Origin: Azolla caroliniana
Lineage: Eukaryota > Plantae > Polypodiophyta
Direction of reading: 5' to 3'
Length of the DNA stretch: 64,000 nt
Assembly (NCBI GenBank): GCA_043228905.1
Contig: JBHGNT010000072.1
Location: forward strand, 56,613-120,612
Made by a program: the position numbers and the translations under genes. The notes beneath the pieces were generated by a model. That model made no database searches. It saw only the letters and a program-made list of their open reading frames with translations, and was not told where the DNA came from. Of this stretch, positions 61,801-64,000 are shown piece by piece; position 1 is the stretch's first letter; every line of letters begins with the position of its first letter.

Positions 61801-63060
61801 AAATCATTTTGGAGGCATTAAACCTTCTGCCATAATGTATTGCATCCCTTCCAAGATGTCATCCTTAATTAGATCCCAATATTTGATGTAAAAATATTTA
61901 GGGAGTCCATCAATGCCTGCACAAATTTGTTTGTTCATATCTAAAATTGCATCCCACAATTCTTGCATACATATAGGGGTATTTAGACGGTCCATCATCT
62001 GAGCAGTAACTCTCTTCGGTATCCTGTTTATTATATTTCTAAAGCCATCTTGCTCAATCTATTCCTCGTTGCATACATTCAGTAGTTACATATAATAGCT
62101 CGTGGCCATTGCAAGCATTTCCTCCTCGCACGTGGTCATTGCGCCATCTGTCTTTCTCAAACATGAACCTTTACATTTTACACGTTCAAAAAAACTTTCG
62201 TAACATGGTGTCCTACCCTCATCCAACTTGCTGCTTTACTTCGATAGGCATTGGTAGTCCTTAGTTTCTTATACATATCCAGTTTGCATTTCTCCTCCTC
62301 TAGTCGGGCCTCAATCCATACATTATTCGGGTATTGTTCGAGTCTTAGTCGCTGTGTAGAAGCGAGTGTCCATTGCATTCTCTGTAGTATCTCCTTCATC
62401 TCTTTTCTAATTTCAGTTGCTTTCTTCTGAAAGAAACATGCACATTCTTCAATTTTCCCAGCCAGCCTATGAGCGGGATCATGATACATCCATTTGACAT
62501 TAGAACATAATCTTTATATATCATTAGTCCATTTATTGTCCATAACCAACTCCTTGCTCACCTTCAGATTATGTGGCTTGCATCAAATGTTTTCTTTTAT
62601 ATGCAACAGGACTAGTGCATGGTCTGAGAACATTGTTCCCAGAGAAATTATGCATTTGCCTTTCCTATCGATGAGCTGAGGGTCCAAATACCATCTGTCC
62701 AGCCTGGACATTGTCCTACCATGCACGATTCCTCCTACTCTAGAGTATAGAAGAGATTTTTCTTTTTGCATCTGAAAGTTAGGTGCATTCCAACAGTTTA
62801 TCACATTATATGCTAAACACTTATCCCATGCATCTTTTTCCGCCCCTTGCACTGTGCCATTTGCATTTCTACTTCTATCTTCTTGTTGCTCCACCATATT
62901 AAAATCTATACCAATGATCCACAACTTTGCATCCGGTTTCTTGTCCACTAGTAGTAACCAGAATTCCTTTCTTTCGGCAGCCGAATTTGGGGCATATATG
63001 TTCAGTATGCCCAAGTGCCCATATTTGTGTTTTATCCTTATATAGACAACACGACCCTCT
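58870..63060 (-). mobile_element. L1-clade LINE ORF2 (EN-RT-zf), decayed
   Basis: NIYAPN, DFN, SRLDR, SDH (APE endonuclease); NWRPLT, DFKKAYDRV, QGCPL, RYLG; CSAC...HCLWEC. Confidence 0.9.
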
Positions 63061-64000
63061 ATTAAACACCCCTTGCATTATACTTAGCTTTCATTGCTAT
63101 AAGTACTCCCCCATGAATCAATCTATCCCCCGTAGTTGCCGACCATGTATTGGTCCAACTCCCAAGGCAAATGTTTCCAATTTTGTCGATCCCAAAACCA
63201 TTCCATTTCACTTTGTAAGGGGAATGGTTTTGGGTACCATTTATCTATATTGAGTGTATTATCACTTTTTATTCATGGCATAGTTTCTTATTCGACTAAA
63301 ACTATTGTTCAAAGTCACACTCAATTGCATTTTATATTTTGTTTTTATAGTCCCAAGTTTGGGAAATGATATCTCATGAAGAATTAATATAGCTTCACTA
63401 TTGCTACTCACACAAACATCCTCATCTTGGGTGCTAGATGCCCGAAAAGTAGTGTTTTCTATATGAAGGAATACTTTTCAAAGTGGCATTTTTCTAAATC
63501 ATTGATGCGTTTCTTTTATGAAAATGTTATTATGTAAAATATCTCTTAGTGGTAAAATTTTAGGCTTTGTAACACTTTGGGTTTTGAGTTTAAGTCCGAT
63601 TGTATGGAACATGTGCATACATGTGCCCAACATGTCTCATTCAAGTAGTCAACAAGACACCCTTTTTTACGTTCATAAGTTAACTACATCATTACTATTG
63701 TGTCACTATGGAGGGAGGATCAACCTAATGACTTGGGTCACAAACCATCCTTAGTGAACATAGATTGATTTTATTAGACTTTACGGGAGGTGCTTTTCTT
63801 GCCAACATTCAAATACATAGATATATTCCTCTAAAATAAACAAATATCTTAATAAAATGGAGTAGACAAATAACATACCAACAACTAGTCTTATTATCTG
63901 ACTAGATATATCAACATGTAAATATTTGAAGGAAGTCAAGTAGTTACAATTTGAAAATTGGAAGGATCACATGTATGATATATAAAGGTTTTTTTTGTTT

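Overview
Eukaryotic DNA, most likely from a non-seed land plant such as a fern or lycophyte (inferred from the gene and transposon content). The left third (1253-22081, +) holds one intact 16-exon kinesin-9/KIF6-like gene whose introns carry many fragments of one RTE/RTEX-like LINE group. The rest is a nested transposon cluster. A LINE is split by a chromodomain Ty3/Gypsy element (A, -). A second copy of the same family (B, +, TSD GAGGC) sits inside A, and B carries a near-intact Ty1/Copia (C, TSD GCTTT) and a hAT-type MITE. Further right are tRNA-derived SINE-like modules, nested MITEs, several L1 fragments and a decayed Copia (D, TSD CAAAC) containing two solo LTRs. The most notable observations concern the Gypsy family: (i) no tRNA primer-binding site, but a Tf1-style self-priming site complementary to the predicted transcript 5' end; (ii) an antisense tRNA-like A-box/B-box cassette at the outer edge of every LTR; (iii) a G_TTA_AAC -1 frameshift signal followed by a stem. 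The LINE group shows a conserved 3' hairpin, variable microsatellite tails and tandem 3' ends. Everything was read by eye; no searches were run.
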